64,000 bases of DNA. Source: an uncultured Lachnospiraceae bacterium. GTDB taxonomy: Bacteria; Bacillota; Clostridia; Oscillospirales; CAG-272. Under the pieces are notes generated by a model. That model made no database searches, was not told the origin of the DNA, and saw only the letters and a program-made list of their open reading frames with translations. Positions within the stretch are counted from its first letter, which is position 1. Each line of letters begins with the position of its first letter. Positions 1 through 9,224 of the stretch are shown one piece after another. The stretch covers positions 80,065 to 144,064 of the forward strand of contig CAZORL010000001.1 of the NCBI GenBank assembly GCA_964582375.1, read 5' to 3'. The position numbers were made by a program, and so were the translations under genes.

Positions 1-1194
1 GACCGAGAGATTCTCGTATTCAAAACTGTCACCGACCTCGGGAATCTTTCCGAGATTGTCAAGCACCCAACCGTTGACCGTTGCATTGTCATCAAGCACT
101 TCGTCGCTGAACTCGTGCAGATCGGACAGCTCACTTATCGGAGTGCCGCCGTTGACAAGATATGTGTCCTCCGAAATGGGCTTGATATTCTCGATGACTT
201 CGTCGTGCTCGTCCCAGATCTCGCCAACAAGACCCTCAAGAACATCCTCCATCGTGACAATGCCCGCCGTTCCGCCGTATTCGTCAACAACTATCGCAAT
301 GTGCGATTTTGCCTCTTGGAATTTGCGCAGAAGCTTCGATATCTTCATTCCCTCGGTTATAAACATGACCGAGTGCATTGCAGCGCCTATATCGACCTTC
401 TTGTCGTAGGTCAGTTTGTTGAAGTCCTTTTCGTGGATAACGCCTATTATGTTGTCGATCGTGTCGTGATATACGGGAAGTCGCGAAAATCCGCTTGTGC
501 GGAAAAGCTCGCTGATCTCGTCGATGGGCGTATCATCGGATATCGCTACGATATCTATACGGGGTGTTAATATGCTCGACACTTCAAGATCGTTAAACTC
601 GATGGCGTTCTTTATGAGATTGCCCTCGTGCTCGTCGATTCCGCCCTCGCTCTGTGCCTCCTCGACCATCGTGATGATCTCATCCTCGGTTATGGATGCG
701 GCAGAGTCCTCCTGCTTTATGAGTTTTGAAATAAGCAGTTTCCAAAGCGAGAAAAGGGCAGTCAAAGGTGTCAAAACGATCATAATAAAGCGAACCACAC
801 CGACTACCGACATTGTAAGCTTGTCGGCAAAATCTTTTGCGATGAATTTCGGCGTAATTTCTCCGAAAATAAGTATGATGACCGTCATGATGATGGTTGA
901 CATCGTAGCGGCAAGACTTGCGTTACCCTTTATCCACTCGGTGAAGAGCAGGGTTGATATCGTTGACGCAGTGATGTTTACAATATTGTTTCCGACGAGT
1001 ATGGTTGACAGAAATTTTTCGTAATGCTCCTCGACCCAAAGTACGGATTTCGCTTTTTTGTTTCCGTCCTGAGCGAGCGTTTTCATTCGTGTTTTGTTAA
1101 AGCTTGTAAAAGCTGTTTCGGTTCCTGAGAAAAAAGCTGATAGCAACACAAGAACCACAAGTGCCGCTACCTGCATACTACCGGCAGGATCCAT
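1..1194 (-). CDS. CNNM/TlyC-type 'hemolysin family' membrane protein (DUF21 + CBS pair + CorC_HlyC); C-terminus runs off the window
   Basis: Absent from the ORF track because no stop lies in the window. Hand translation of the minus strand from ATG at 1194 gives MDPAGSMQVAALVVLVLLSAFFSGTETAFTSFNKTRMKTLAQDGNKKAKSVLWVEEHYEKF (DUF21-type N-terminus). The same frame near 200-330 reads HIAIVVDEYGGTAGIVTMEDVLEGLVGEIWDEHDE (CBS/CorC signature). Confidence 0.8.
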   Translation of the reverse strand, partial: MDPAGSMQVAALVVLVLLSAFFSGTETAFTSFNKTRMKTLAQDGNKKAKSVLWVEEHYEKFLSTILVGNNIVNITASTISTLLFTEWIKGNASLAATMSTIIMTVIILIFGEITPKFIAKDFADKLTMSVVGVVRFIMIVLTPLTALFSLWKLLISKLIKQEDSAASITEDEIITMVEEAQSEGGIDEHEGNLIKNAIEFNDLEVSSILTPRIDIVAISDDTPIDEISELFRTSGFSRLPVYHDTIDNIIGVIHEKDFNKLTYDKKVDIGAAMHSVMFITEGMKISKLLRKFQEAKSHIAIVVDEYGGTAGIVTMEDVLEGLVGEIWDEHDEVIENIKPISEDTYLVNGGTPISELSDLHEFSDEVLDDNATVNGWVLDNLGKIPEVGDSFEYENLSV

Positions 1195-1253
1195 AAATAA
1201 AGTTCATCTCCCTGAATAATGATTTTATCGATCCGCAGATCGACTTAAGAACA

Positions 1254-1282
1254 ATTATACCATAAATATACTGAAAATGCAA
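1254..1282 (-). promoter_or_regulatory. Sigma-A-type promoter for the CNNM/TlyC gene
   Basis: The minus strand reads TTGCAT, a 17-nt spacer, then TATAAT with an extended -10 (TGgTATAAT). It lies about 60 nt upstream of the ATG at 1194. Confidence 0.5.
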
Positions 1283-1316
1283 GACTTTTTTGAAAAATAA
1301 ATCAAAAAAGTCTTGC
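1271..1316 (-). terminator. Rho-independent terminator after the DMT-family gene
   Basis: 13-bp stem GCAAGACTTTTTT / AAAAAAGTCTTGC (1279-1316), 12 nt past the stop at 1328, followed on the minus strand by ATTTTC. Confidence 0.6.
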
Positions 1317-1327
1317 AAATTTTTGTT

Positions 1328-2167
1328 TTATCTGAATATCTGGAAACAAACGATGCCTATAACGCAGATGACACCGCCCAAGATATTTGTCGGCGAGCTT
1401 TTTTCGCGACGCAAAAGCCCGATGAAAAAAAGGACCGCAAGTATCATCGGTTGAATAAAAGCATAATCCGAGAGCGATACCGCAATGACCGCATTTTCAA
1501 GCAGCATGCCTGCGGTGTTCGGTATTCTGACGAGTGCAACCTTCAAAACTCCCGATCCCTTTTCACGAAAAAGACGCGGCAGATCGATCTTGATGAGCAA
1601 TACGATCGAAATGATCAAAAATGCCGCGAAAAGTGCGAGTGTTGAAGAAATGTAGGGCGTAAATGCCTTGACCACAAGTCCGTAAGAATATTTCGACATT
1701 ATGTAGAGAAAAAGCGGCAGAGCGATCTTTTTGTAGTTGATTTTTATGGACGCTCCCGAACGTGCAATAAGGACAAGCCCGACCGCCGAAAGGCAGATGA
1801 AGACGATCGGAAGAGGAGCGAGTCGTTCGCCGTAGAAGATATCGGTAAAGTATGACGCAAAAAGCGATAGCCCCAGCCATGCTTTAAGCTCAAATGCCGA
1901 CAGTTCCTTAAGAACCCTTGCACTCATCTGAAACTCAAACATTTTGCAAAGAGCGATAAGCAACACGGCAACGATCGATCTTATGTCGAGCTTTATGTAA
2001 ACATCTTGAAAAGGCATGATCAGTGCGAGAAAGACCGACATTGACGAGCACATCAAAAAAGTGAACTCATCACCGCTCAGTTTTGCCCCGACTATCGCAT
2101 ATTTGTCACTCAGCGAACAGATCGTGTAGCAGACCGTTACACCGAGCATCATAAGAACAGCATTCAT
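1328..2167 (-). CDS. DMT/EamA-like multi-pass membrane transporter
   Basis: 279-aa ORF that is almost entirely hydrophobic, with about 10 helices in a two-half layout typical of EamA/DMT carriers. No catalytic motifs. Confidence 0.55.
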   Translation of the reverse strand: MNAVLMMLGVTVCYTICSLSDKYAIVGAKLSGDEFTFLMCSSMSVFLALIMPFQDVYIKLDIRSIVAVLLIALCKMFEFQMSARVLKELSAFELKAWLGLSLFASYFTDIFYGERLAPLPIVFICLSAVGLVLIARSGASIKINYKKIALPLFLYIMSKYSYGLVVKAFTPYISSTLALFAAFLIISIVLLIKIDLPRLFREKGSGVLKVALVRIPNTAGMLLENAVIAVSLSDYAFIQPMILAVLFFIGLLRREKSSPTNILGGVICVIGIVCFQIFR

Positions 2168-2175
2168 GACTTAGA

Positions 2176-3354
2176 TCACCATCTGACCTTCCATCTATCT
2201 TTGATATTTCCGACATCCTCGCAGACTTGATCGCCCTTTTCACAATCGAGAGCTCGAAGTTCTTCAAGATGTTCTTCAAATAATGCCTCGTCAAAATTCA
2301 GCGAAATTTCTTTCCCGAGTATTGACGAAAGGTAGGCTGCGTTTGAGATCTTCAGCGAATTAAGCCCCTCGCGCCCGTCCGCTATCGGCTCACTGCCGTC
2401 GATTATCGAGCGTGTAAAGGTCTCAAGAACCGTCGCGTGTCCGTCGGGCGCGTCTGCGGTAAACTCGCTGTAGTCAAGCTCGGGCATGGCAAATCCCGTC
2501 TTTGCTTCAAAGCAAAATGCTCGCTCGGGAGTGTGCAGACGCCACCATTTGAGACGCCCATCTTCCATGACGATTTTGCCGAGATCGCCCGAAATCTCAA
2601 GTCGGTTAGTACCGGGAGCCTCCCCGGTTGTCGTTATAAATGTCGCTCGCGCACCGCTTTTGTATTTTGCGGTTATCGTGACATCATCCTCGACGGCAAT
2701 GTTGTGATATTTTCCGAGATCACAGACGGCGTACAGTGAGTCGGGCATGCCGAACATCCATTGCCACAGATCAAGATTGTGCGGTGCTTGATTTAACAGA
2801 ACACCGCCTCCCTCGCCGCGCCATGTTGCACGCCACGAGCCCGAGTTGTAATATGCCTGCGTTCGGTACCAGTTCGTGATGATCCATACAAGTCGTTTGG
2901 GCTGACCGAGCTGTCCGCTTTTAATAATATCGTGTGCCTTTTTGTATATCGGATCAGTGCGCTGATTAAACATGATGCCGAATTTCAGCCCCGAGCGGTC
3001 TGCCGCATCGATCATCTCACGCACCTGCCTTGTGTAGACCCCTGCAGGCTTCTCTGTCAGAACATGCACTCCGCGCTCGAAAGCGTCGATGGCTATGCTC
3101 GGGTGATATATGTGCGGGGTCGCTATGAGTACCGCGTCAACAAGCCCACTCTCGAGCAGGGAAATGTGATCCGAAAAGCAGGTTATCTCGTCGATGTGAT
3201 GTGCTTTGTCCATTTTTTGCGGATCGATGTCGCAAACGGCGGTAAGTCTTGCCGACGGACATTTTCCGGACATTATATTATCAAAATGTCCACTGCCCAT
3301 GTTGCCAAGTCCTATTATCCCGAGCCGCACGCGACCGTCTTCGTATCTGTTCAT
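2176..3354 (-). CDS. Gfo/Idh/MocA-family NAD(P)-dependent oxidoreductase
   Basis: N-terminal Rossmann motif GIIGLGNMGSGH and the family EKP motif (HVLTEKPAG). 392 aa. The start abuts the upstream stop (TAAATG). Confidence 0.8.
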   Translation of the reverse strand: MNRYEDGRVRLGIIGLGNMGSGHFDNIMSGKCPSARLTAVCDIDPQKMDKAHHIDEITCFSDHISLLESGLVDAVLIATPHIYHPSIAIDAFERGVHVLTEKPAGVYTRQVREMIDAADRSGLKFGIMFNQRTDPIYKKAHDIIKSGQLGQPKRLVWIITNWYRTQAYYNSGSWRATWRGEGGGVLLNQAPHNLDLWQWMFGMPDSLYAVCDLGKYHNIAVEDDVTITAKYKSGARATFITTTGEAPGTNRLEISGDLGKIVMEDGRLKWWRLHTPERAFCFEAKTGFAMPELDYSEFTADAPDGHATVLETFTRSIIDGSEPIADGREGLNSLKISNAAYLSSILGKEISLNFDEALFEEHLEELRALDCEKGDQVCEDVGNIKDRWKVRW

Positions 3355-6177
3355 TTACCGTCTGTCCTTTCTTTTTCGACCTTTCTTGACAAATTTTGCT
3401 TTGGCGAGTTCGAGAACGATCGACAATCCGACGGTCAGTATCGGTATTCCGCACCATGCCGTACCCGACATTTTGTAAATTCCGAAAAGTGCCCCGAAGG
3501 TCGGATATATCGTTCCAAACAGCACTATGAGCAATATTGAAAGGAAAACAGTCAAAAGCATGTTCGATATAGTAAGATTGCCGCTGAACAGCTTGTCTCT
3601 GTTTCCGCCCTCGACAAGCAGGACGATGGATGACAAAAGAAGTGTTATAAATATCGGGGTGCAAATGGTTGCCGCACTCGCTCCCTCTGTTTTCAAAAGA
3701 ATGATCGCAAACGCTATGCTTGCAACACCAAGCCCCGTGCCCGTGATAAGCGAGGCAAGAACGCCATGTCGCTTTTTTCGTGATCTGCCGACAGGGAAAG
3801 ATGACAGAATATCTCTTGGCGGTTTTTCAAATGCGATGATCATAACTGCGGCAAGATCGTAGACCATTCCGCAGATAAGCAGCTGTACCGGCGTCAAAAT
3901 AAAGATTCCCGACACAAAACTGTATAAAAGTATGATAAGTCTTGCGATATTGACCGTGAGGAGATAACTCATTAGTCGGTAAATGCCGAAATAGATCGCT
4001 CTCGCACGTTCAAGCGAAGAAACAAGCGCATTGATACCGCCCGATATGTCGTTTTTCGAAACGACTGACAAAATAACATCGGATACAAATCGGAGCGCAT
4101 CGCATCCGCTCGGAGCACCGCCGCCCGCTTTGCTTACGCTCAGCGGAAGATTTTCGCTCTTTTTGTTGCCCGTCTTTCTCTTTTTATCGAGATTTTCATG
4201 CTTGTCCGAGAGTGTGATGCTCTGGGTGTAGGCGACATTTGCCTCACGCATTGCGGTTATTTCCTCGAACCGAAGTCCGAGAAATCCCACATTATGACCG
4301 CGCTTTTTGAGAAGTCGTATCACACGCCTCTCGCAGGTGGCATCCATGTTTTCAAATACCTTTACATGATCGATCGATTCGAGCAGTTCTTCATCGGTCA
4401 GACCGGACAGGGATGTCGAATCGATTACTTCGTCCTCAAACATGTCGGTGATGATCCCTGCGGCACTTGCGATCCGAAGACCTCGCTCGGAGCTATCGGA
4501 GGTGAATAAGAGAACATTTACCCCGGCAGCTCTGCATCTGTCAACAGTTTGCTCAATGTTCGGAAGAAGCGGTTCGGAAAAGCAGAGGAAGCCTTCAAAC
4601 ACCATGTCGGACAGCGTGTCAGACAAACGGACGAGCGTTGTGTATATCGATCTTGCGGCGGCAATTCCCGAGACGATACCGCGCTCTCTGCTCATTTGTG
4701 CTGCGATCGTTCTTAGTCTGCTGCGTATGACGCTGTTCATCGGGCGAACCTTGCCCTTTATATCGCGATATCTGTTGCAAGCCTCAAGAATGCTCACTGC
4801 ATCACCGCGTGCGATGACCACATTGTCGTCGCCGTGCTTGGTCAGCGTGACCTCAAAAGGACAGTAATCGCACATTCCGAGATGCTCGCACAGTGCGTAT
4901 TTTTCGTCAAGCTCGCGATTGTACAGACCGCTGTCCTCTGCCGATCTGATAATAGCCTCCTCCTCGGATGTGTAAACATTGTTGCCTGCGGCATTGATCG
5001 ACGCAAGCCTTTCGCCGTAAATACCGGTCGATATCACGGCGTAGGAAAGAACTCTTGCGCAAATGTCGTCAAATCCGCCTTTCCCTTTTTCACACCACGC
5101 ATCCTCGTCGTTGTCTATGTAGATCCGATCAAGCGCAATGTCGCCGGTCGCGGCGGCACCCTCGGGAGGTATGATCAGCGTGTCAAGTTCGCATATATCC
5201 GACAATTTTTCGGCGTTTTTTATGAGCGCACCCTTGGCGATCCGACCTGATCTGCCAAGCGTGCCGAACACACCGACAGAGACGATCATATAGCCAAATA
5301 TCGCATAAAATTCGGTCATTGCTCCCGAGCCATATGAAAGCGCACAGATCAGTCCGTCAAGTGCGTCAAATTTGCCGAAAGACGGGAGCATGTTGACTAT
5401 CGTTAAAACAAAGGTCAGTGCTATTGCGGCGAGAGTTGCGACAAATGATATCCCCCTGAGCTTTTCAAACACCGCAAGCTTGTCGTATGATACCGCTGAT
5501 TTGTTCTTCCCGCTTTTGCATACAAGCGTGTCCTTGCCCATGCGACAGGCGATCGCCTTGCCGCTTCCCGAGCGAACGATCGTTGACGCATAGACCATGT
5601 TCAGTGCCTCGTGCGGCTGAATAAGCCTGATGTTGCGATATCTGCTGTCCTTGCGTATGGGCGATTTGGCGTCGGTGATGCCGGCTTCGAGAAGAACGAG
5701 GTTTTCGTCTTCGATAAGCCTTGCGTCACACGGAACGATGTCGCCGGCGGACAGACAAATAATATCTCCAAAGGCAACGTCCTCTTGACGCACGAGCATC
5801 ATCCTGCCGCCTCGCATGACCTTCGCGCTCGGCAGAGCAAGATGCCCCATCCTTGCAAGTACCCCTTGCGCCTTGACGTAGGTGACGGCGACAGCAACAT
5901 AGTTCAGCGCAAGAGTTATTATAAGCACGATCGCGGTCTCGGTGTGACCGAAAAGCACGGCGGGGATGCAAGAGAGAGCAAGCAGGATCGACAGCGTGTT
6001 TACCGACAGTCGGCGAACATATTCGCCAAACGATGCGCGAGGTATCGGAAAAACTCTGTTAGGCCCGTTTTTCTCAATTCGCGCTTTTGCCTCTGCCGAT
6101 GTAAGACCGGATATAGGATCGGTCTCAACTTTTTTAGCCACCTCATCGGGTGACAGATCGTACCATCTGGTTGCCAT
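3355..6177 (-). CDS. P-type (type II-like) cation ATPase homologue with degenerate catalytic motifs
   Basis: 940 aa. Cation_ATPase_N-like start (LSPDEVAKKVETDPISGLTSAEAKARIEKNGPNRV), A-domain GDIVPCDARL, and TM bundles at both ends. The TGES, DKTGT, TGD and GDGxND positions read ITDAKS, ICELDTLII, FTSD and GLRFEE. Confidence 0.75.
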   Translation of the reverse strand: MATRWYDLSPDEVAKKVETDPISGLTSAEAKARIEKNGPNRVFPIPRASFGEYVRRLSVNTLSILLALSCIPAVLFGHTETAIVLIITLALNYVAVAVTYVKAQGVLARMGHLALPSAKVMRGGRMMLVRQEDVAFGDIICLSAGDIVPCDARLIEDENLVLLEAGITDAKSPIRKDSRYRNIRLIQPHEALNMVYASTIVRSGSGKAIACRMGKDTLVCKSGKNKSAVSYDKLAVFEKLRGISFVATLAAIALTFVLTIVNMLPSFGKFDALDGLICALSYGSGAMTEFYAIFGYMIVSVGVFGTLGRSGRIAKGALIKNAEKLSDICELDTLIIPPEGAAATGDIALDRIYIDNDEDAWCEKGKGGFDDICARVLSYAVISTGIYGERLASINAAGNNVYTSEEEAIIRSAEDSGLYNRELDEKYALCEHLGMCDYCPFEVTLTKHGDDNVVIARGDAVSILEACNRYRDIKGKVRPMNSVIRSRLRTIAAQMSRERGIVSGIAAARSIYTTLVRLSDTLSDMVFEGFLCFSEPLLPNIEQTVDRCRAAGVNVLLFTSDSSERGLRIASAAGIITDMFEDEVIDSTSLSGLTDEELLESIDHVKVFENMDATCERRVIRLLKKRGHNVGFLGLRFEEITAMREANVAYTQSITLSDKHENLDKKRKTGNKKSENLPLSVSKAGGGAPSGCDALRFVSDVILSVVSKNDISGGINALVSSLERARAIYFGIYRLMSYLLTVNIARLIILLYSFVSGIFILTPVQLLICGMVYDLAAVMIIAFEKPPRDILSSFPVGRSRKKRHGVLASLITGTGLGVASIAFAIILLKTEGASAATICTPIFITLLLSSIVLLVEGGNRDKLFSGNLTISNMLLTVFLSILLIVLFGTIYPTFGALFGIYKMSGTAWCGIPILTVGLSIVLELAKAKFVKKGRKRKDRR

Positions 6178-6221
6178 AACTCTCCTTTCCGCCGCTATGG
6201 GCTAATGCTTTTGTGTTTTTA

Positions 6222-8567
6222 CTAAATGCAGGATACCACGAGATTTGTCTCGTCCGCATCGATGAATGTCTGACTGATGCTTCCGTTGTAATCACCGATA
6301 AGCTTGTTTGCAAGCACATCTTCAACCTCGCGCTCTATTACGCGGCGAAGATTTCTTGCCCCGAACTTTCTTGAATAGGCTTTTTTTGCAAGCAGTTTTG
6401 CCGCCGCATCGGTGTAGTGCAGAGCGATCGATTTTTCCGCAAGCGTCTTTGCGAGATCGGAAAGCTGAATTTTCGCGATCTGCGTGAAATCATCTTCGGA
6501 CAGTGATCTGAATGTGATGATCTCGTCAACTCTGTTGATAAACTCGGGACGAAGGAACGCCTCGAGTGCCTTCATCGTTTTGCCTTCCTCGGCTGAATTT
6601 GCCGTCGCGGTAAATCCGGGTGTCGCATCAACTCCGACCGCACCCGCGTTTGTTGTCATAACAATGACCGTGTTCTCGAAATTGACCTTGCGTCCCTGTG
6701 CGTCGGTGATCAGTCCGTCGTCAAGGATCTGCAAAAGAATGTTCATAACATCCGGATGCGCCTTTTCGATCTCGTCAAAAAGGACTACCGAATAGGGCTT
6801 GCGGCGAACCTTTTCGGTCAGCTGTCCTGCCTCGTCGTATCCGACATAGCCGGGAGGTGCACCGATTATCCTCGATACGGCATGCTTCTCCATAAATTCG
6901 GACATATCAAGCCTGATGAGCGTCTCGGGCTGATCAAACAGATCGGCGGCGAGCGTTTTGACCAGCTCGGTCTTGCCGACTCCGGTCGGGCCTGCAAATA
7001 TAAATGATACCGGACGGCGTTTGCTCGATACTCCCGCACGATTGCGCTTGATGGCACGCGCGACCGCATCGACTGCGGCGTCCTGACCGATTATGCGTGA
7101 CTTTAGTCTGTCGGCAAGCGTGTCGATCCTGCGAAATTCGTTTTCGGTGATGTTTGACGCAGGTATGCCCGTCCAGATCTCAATGACATCGGCAAGCTCG
7201 GATGTGCTGAGTGCCACCTTGTCGCGTGCCGCAGATGCCTCGTCAAATTCGGCTCTCGCGCGAGCAGCCTCTGCACGAAGCTCGGCAATCTTTTTGTATC
7301 TCTCGTCTTCATTGCCCTCTGCGGCATCCTCCGCCTCTGCCGCCTCGCACTCGGCATTTATGCGCTTCAATGCGGCGGCGGCAGCCTCGGCGCGTGCGAT
7401 CTCGGGCGATGTAAGCGCAAGATGCGCCGCCGCCTCGTCTATCAGGTCGATGGCTTTGTCGGGTAAAAATCTGTCGGTGATATATCGCTCAGACATTACC
7501 ACGGCACGCTCAACTGTCATGTCGGGGATCTTCAGACCGTGAAAAGTCTCGTAATACCCCTTGATGCCCTTCATTATTTCGATCGTATCGGCAACCGACG
7601 GTTCTTCTATTACGATAGGCTGAAAACGCCTCTCGAGTGCAGAGTCTTTTTCGATGTATTTTCTGTATTCGGCAAGCGTTGTCGCACCGATCAACTGTAT
7701 CTCTCCACGCGAGAGAGCGGGCTTTAGAATGTTCGCCGCATTCATACTGCCCTCGCTGTCGCCCGCACCAACGATCGAGTGTACCTCGTCGATGACAAGG
7801 ATAATATTTCCCAGTGCTTTCGTCTCCTCGATAAGCCCCTTTATACGCGATTCAAACTGACCGCGAAACTGCGTTCCGGCGACAAGTGCCGTGAGATCGA
7901 CAAGGTGTATCTCCTTTCCGATAAGTCTTTGCGGAACATCGCCCGATGATATTTTCTGCGCAAGAGCCTCGGCGATCGCTGTCTTTCCGACACCCGGCTC
8001 GCCTATAAGACAAGGATTGTTCTTTTGCCTGCGGCAGAGTATCTGCATCATTCTCGCAAGCTCGCGCTCACGACCGACAATGCGGTCAAGTTTTCCCTCA
8101 CGGGCACTTTTGGTCAGATCGGTGCAATACATTTCAAGGAATTTGCGACCCTTCTGAGCCTTGTCTTTTTTGGGCTTTTGCTGATTCTGACCGTTGTTTT
8201 GGGCAAATCGAGGGTCAACTCCCGAAAGTTTTCCGAAAATCCCCCCAAGCCCGAGATTTCCGAGCATTTTGCCGAAATCCAGAGGGGGCGTTTTGCCCAT
8301 CGGTGCGTTTTCGTTATCGACCGCCTCCACGGCACGAGAGTCGTCATCTCCCGTATCGGACGCCTCGAGCATGTCGTCAAGCTCCATGTCCATGCGGTCG
8401 AGATCCTCGTCTGAGAGTCCCATGTTCTGCAAAATGTCGTTTACGGGCTTGATCCCAAGCTCTTTCGCACATTTTATGCAGATCCCTTCATTTATTGTCT
8501 TGTCACCGTCAAGTCGTGTTATAAAGACAACGGCAACTCTTTTTTTACAGCGTACACACATTTCCAT
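6222..8567 (-). CDS. clpE: Hsp100/Clp double-ring AAA+ ATPase with N-terminal CxxC...CxxC zinc ribbon (ClpE-type architecture)
   Basis: N-terminus [13 protein letters not shown]...[12 protein letters not shown]1 Walker [13 protein letters not shown], an Ala/Glu-rich coiled-coil middle domain, and D2 Walker [13 protein letters not shown]. No Clp_N repeats. Confidence 0.75.
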   Translation of the reverse strand: MEMCVRCKKRVAVVFITRLDGDKTINEGICIKCAKELGIKPVNDILQNMGLSDEDLDRMDMELDDMLEASDTGDDDSRAVEAVDNENAPMGKTPPLDFGKMLGNLGLGGIFGKLSGVDPRFAQNNGQNQQKPKKDKAQKGRKFLEMYCTDLTKSAREGKLDRIVGRERELARMMQILCRRQKNNPCLIGEPGVGKTAIAEALAQKISSGDVPQRLIGKEIHLVDLTALVAGTQFRGQFESRIKGLIEETKALGNIILVIDEVHSIVGAGDSEGSMNAANILKPALSRGEIQLIGATTLAEYRKYIEKDSALERRFQPIVIEEPSVADTIEIMKGIKGYYETFHGLKIPDMTVERAVVMSERYITDRFLPDKAIDLIDEAAAHLALTSPEIARAEAAAAALKRINAECEAAEAEDAAEGNEDERYKKIAELRAEAARARAEFDEASAARDKVALSTSELADVIEIWTGIPASNITENEFRRIDTLADRLKSRIIGQDAAVDAVARAIKRNRAGVSSKRRPVSFIFAGPTGVGKTELVKTLAADLFDQPETLIRLDMSEFMEKHAVSRIIGAPPGYVGYDEAGQLTEKVRRKPYSVVLFDEIEKAHPDVMNILLQILDDGLITDAQGRKVNFENTVIVMTTNAGAVGVDATPGFTATANSAEEGKTMKALEAFLRPEFINRVDEIITFRSLSEDDFTQIAKIQLSDLAKTLAEKSIALHYTDAAAKLLAKKAYSRKFGARNLRRVIEREVEDVLANKLIGDYNGSISQTFIDADETNLVVSCI

Positions 8568-8644
8568 ATGAAATTACCAAAACCTTTCAAATGCCGATAT
8601 CCCAAATGTCGGCAGGGAAGGATAAAACTTTGAATAACAAAGTC

Positions 8645-9196
8645 TTATCCGAAAATATAGGTGAATAAATTGTGCTCGAAAAACCACTTTGCGACAATGG
8701 AGCTCTCAAACGCCTCCGCAGTCAGCCAATCGATGCGCCCGATCAAAAACTCGGAAAAACAGAAGAGAACTATCGAGAGTATCTGCGCATATCCAAGTCC
8801 GAGGACGAGTCCGAGCAGGGCACCGCCCAGGTGATTTACACTTCCGATGATCGGAAGTTTGCCAAGTCCGTCTGCAAATTTGGCAAGCAATTTGCAGACG
8901 AGCGATGCAACAAGGAAAACAATCCCGAAAGCAATGGCAGTCGCGATGGCACCCGAATCAAGTACCTTGTCTGCCAGCTTGTTGATCAGCGAGTTGTCAA
9001 TGTGAATGCCATCGACCGCATCGGCGATAAGCGGCTCTATAAGCACTCCCACCGAATGGCAAAGAGTGCTCGCAAGTATCAGAGAGATGACAAATCCCGC
9101 TATTCCGACAAGAACCTTTATGATACCTTTTTTAGCGTAGATAACCGTTAAAAGAAGTATGACCGCGATGACCGCAACGTCAATTATCATGCTCAT
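8645..9196 (-). CDS. CvpA-family small membrane protein
   Basis: 183 aa with 4-5 hydrophobic helices. The N-terminus MSMIIDVAVIAVILLLTVIYAKKGIIK resembles CvpA-family starts. Confidence 0.5.
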   Translation of the reverse strand: MSMIIDVAVIAVILLLTVIYAKKGIIKVLVGIAGFVISLILASTLCHSVGVLIEPLIADAVDGIHIDNSLINKLADKVLDSGAIATAIAFGIVFLVASLVCKLLAKFADGLGKLPIIGSVNHLGGALLGLVLGLGYAQILSIVLFCFSEFLIGRIDWLTAEAFESSIVAKWFFEHNLFTYIFG

Positions 9197-9224
9197 TTGT
9201 GTAGCCTCCGTATGTGTTGATTTG

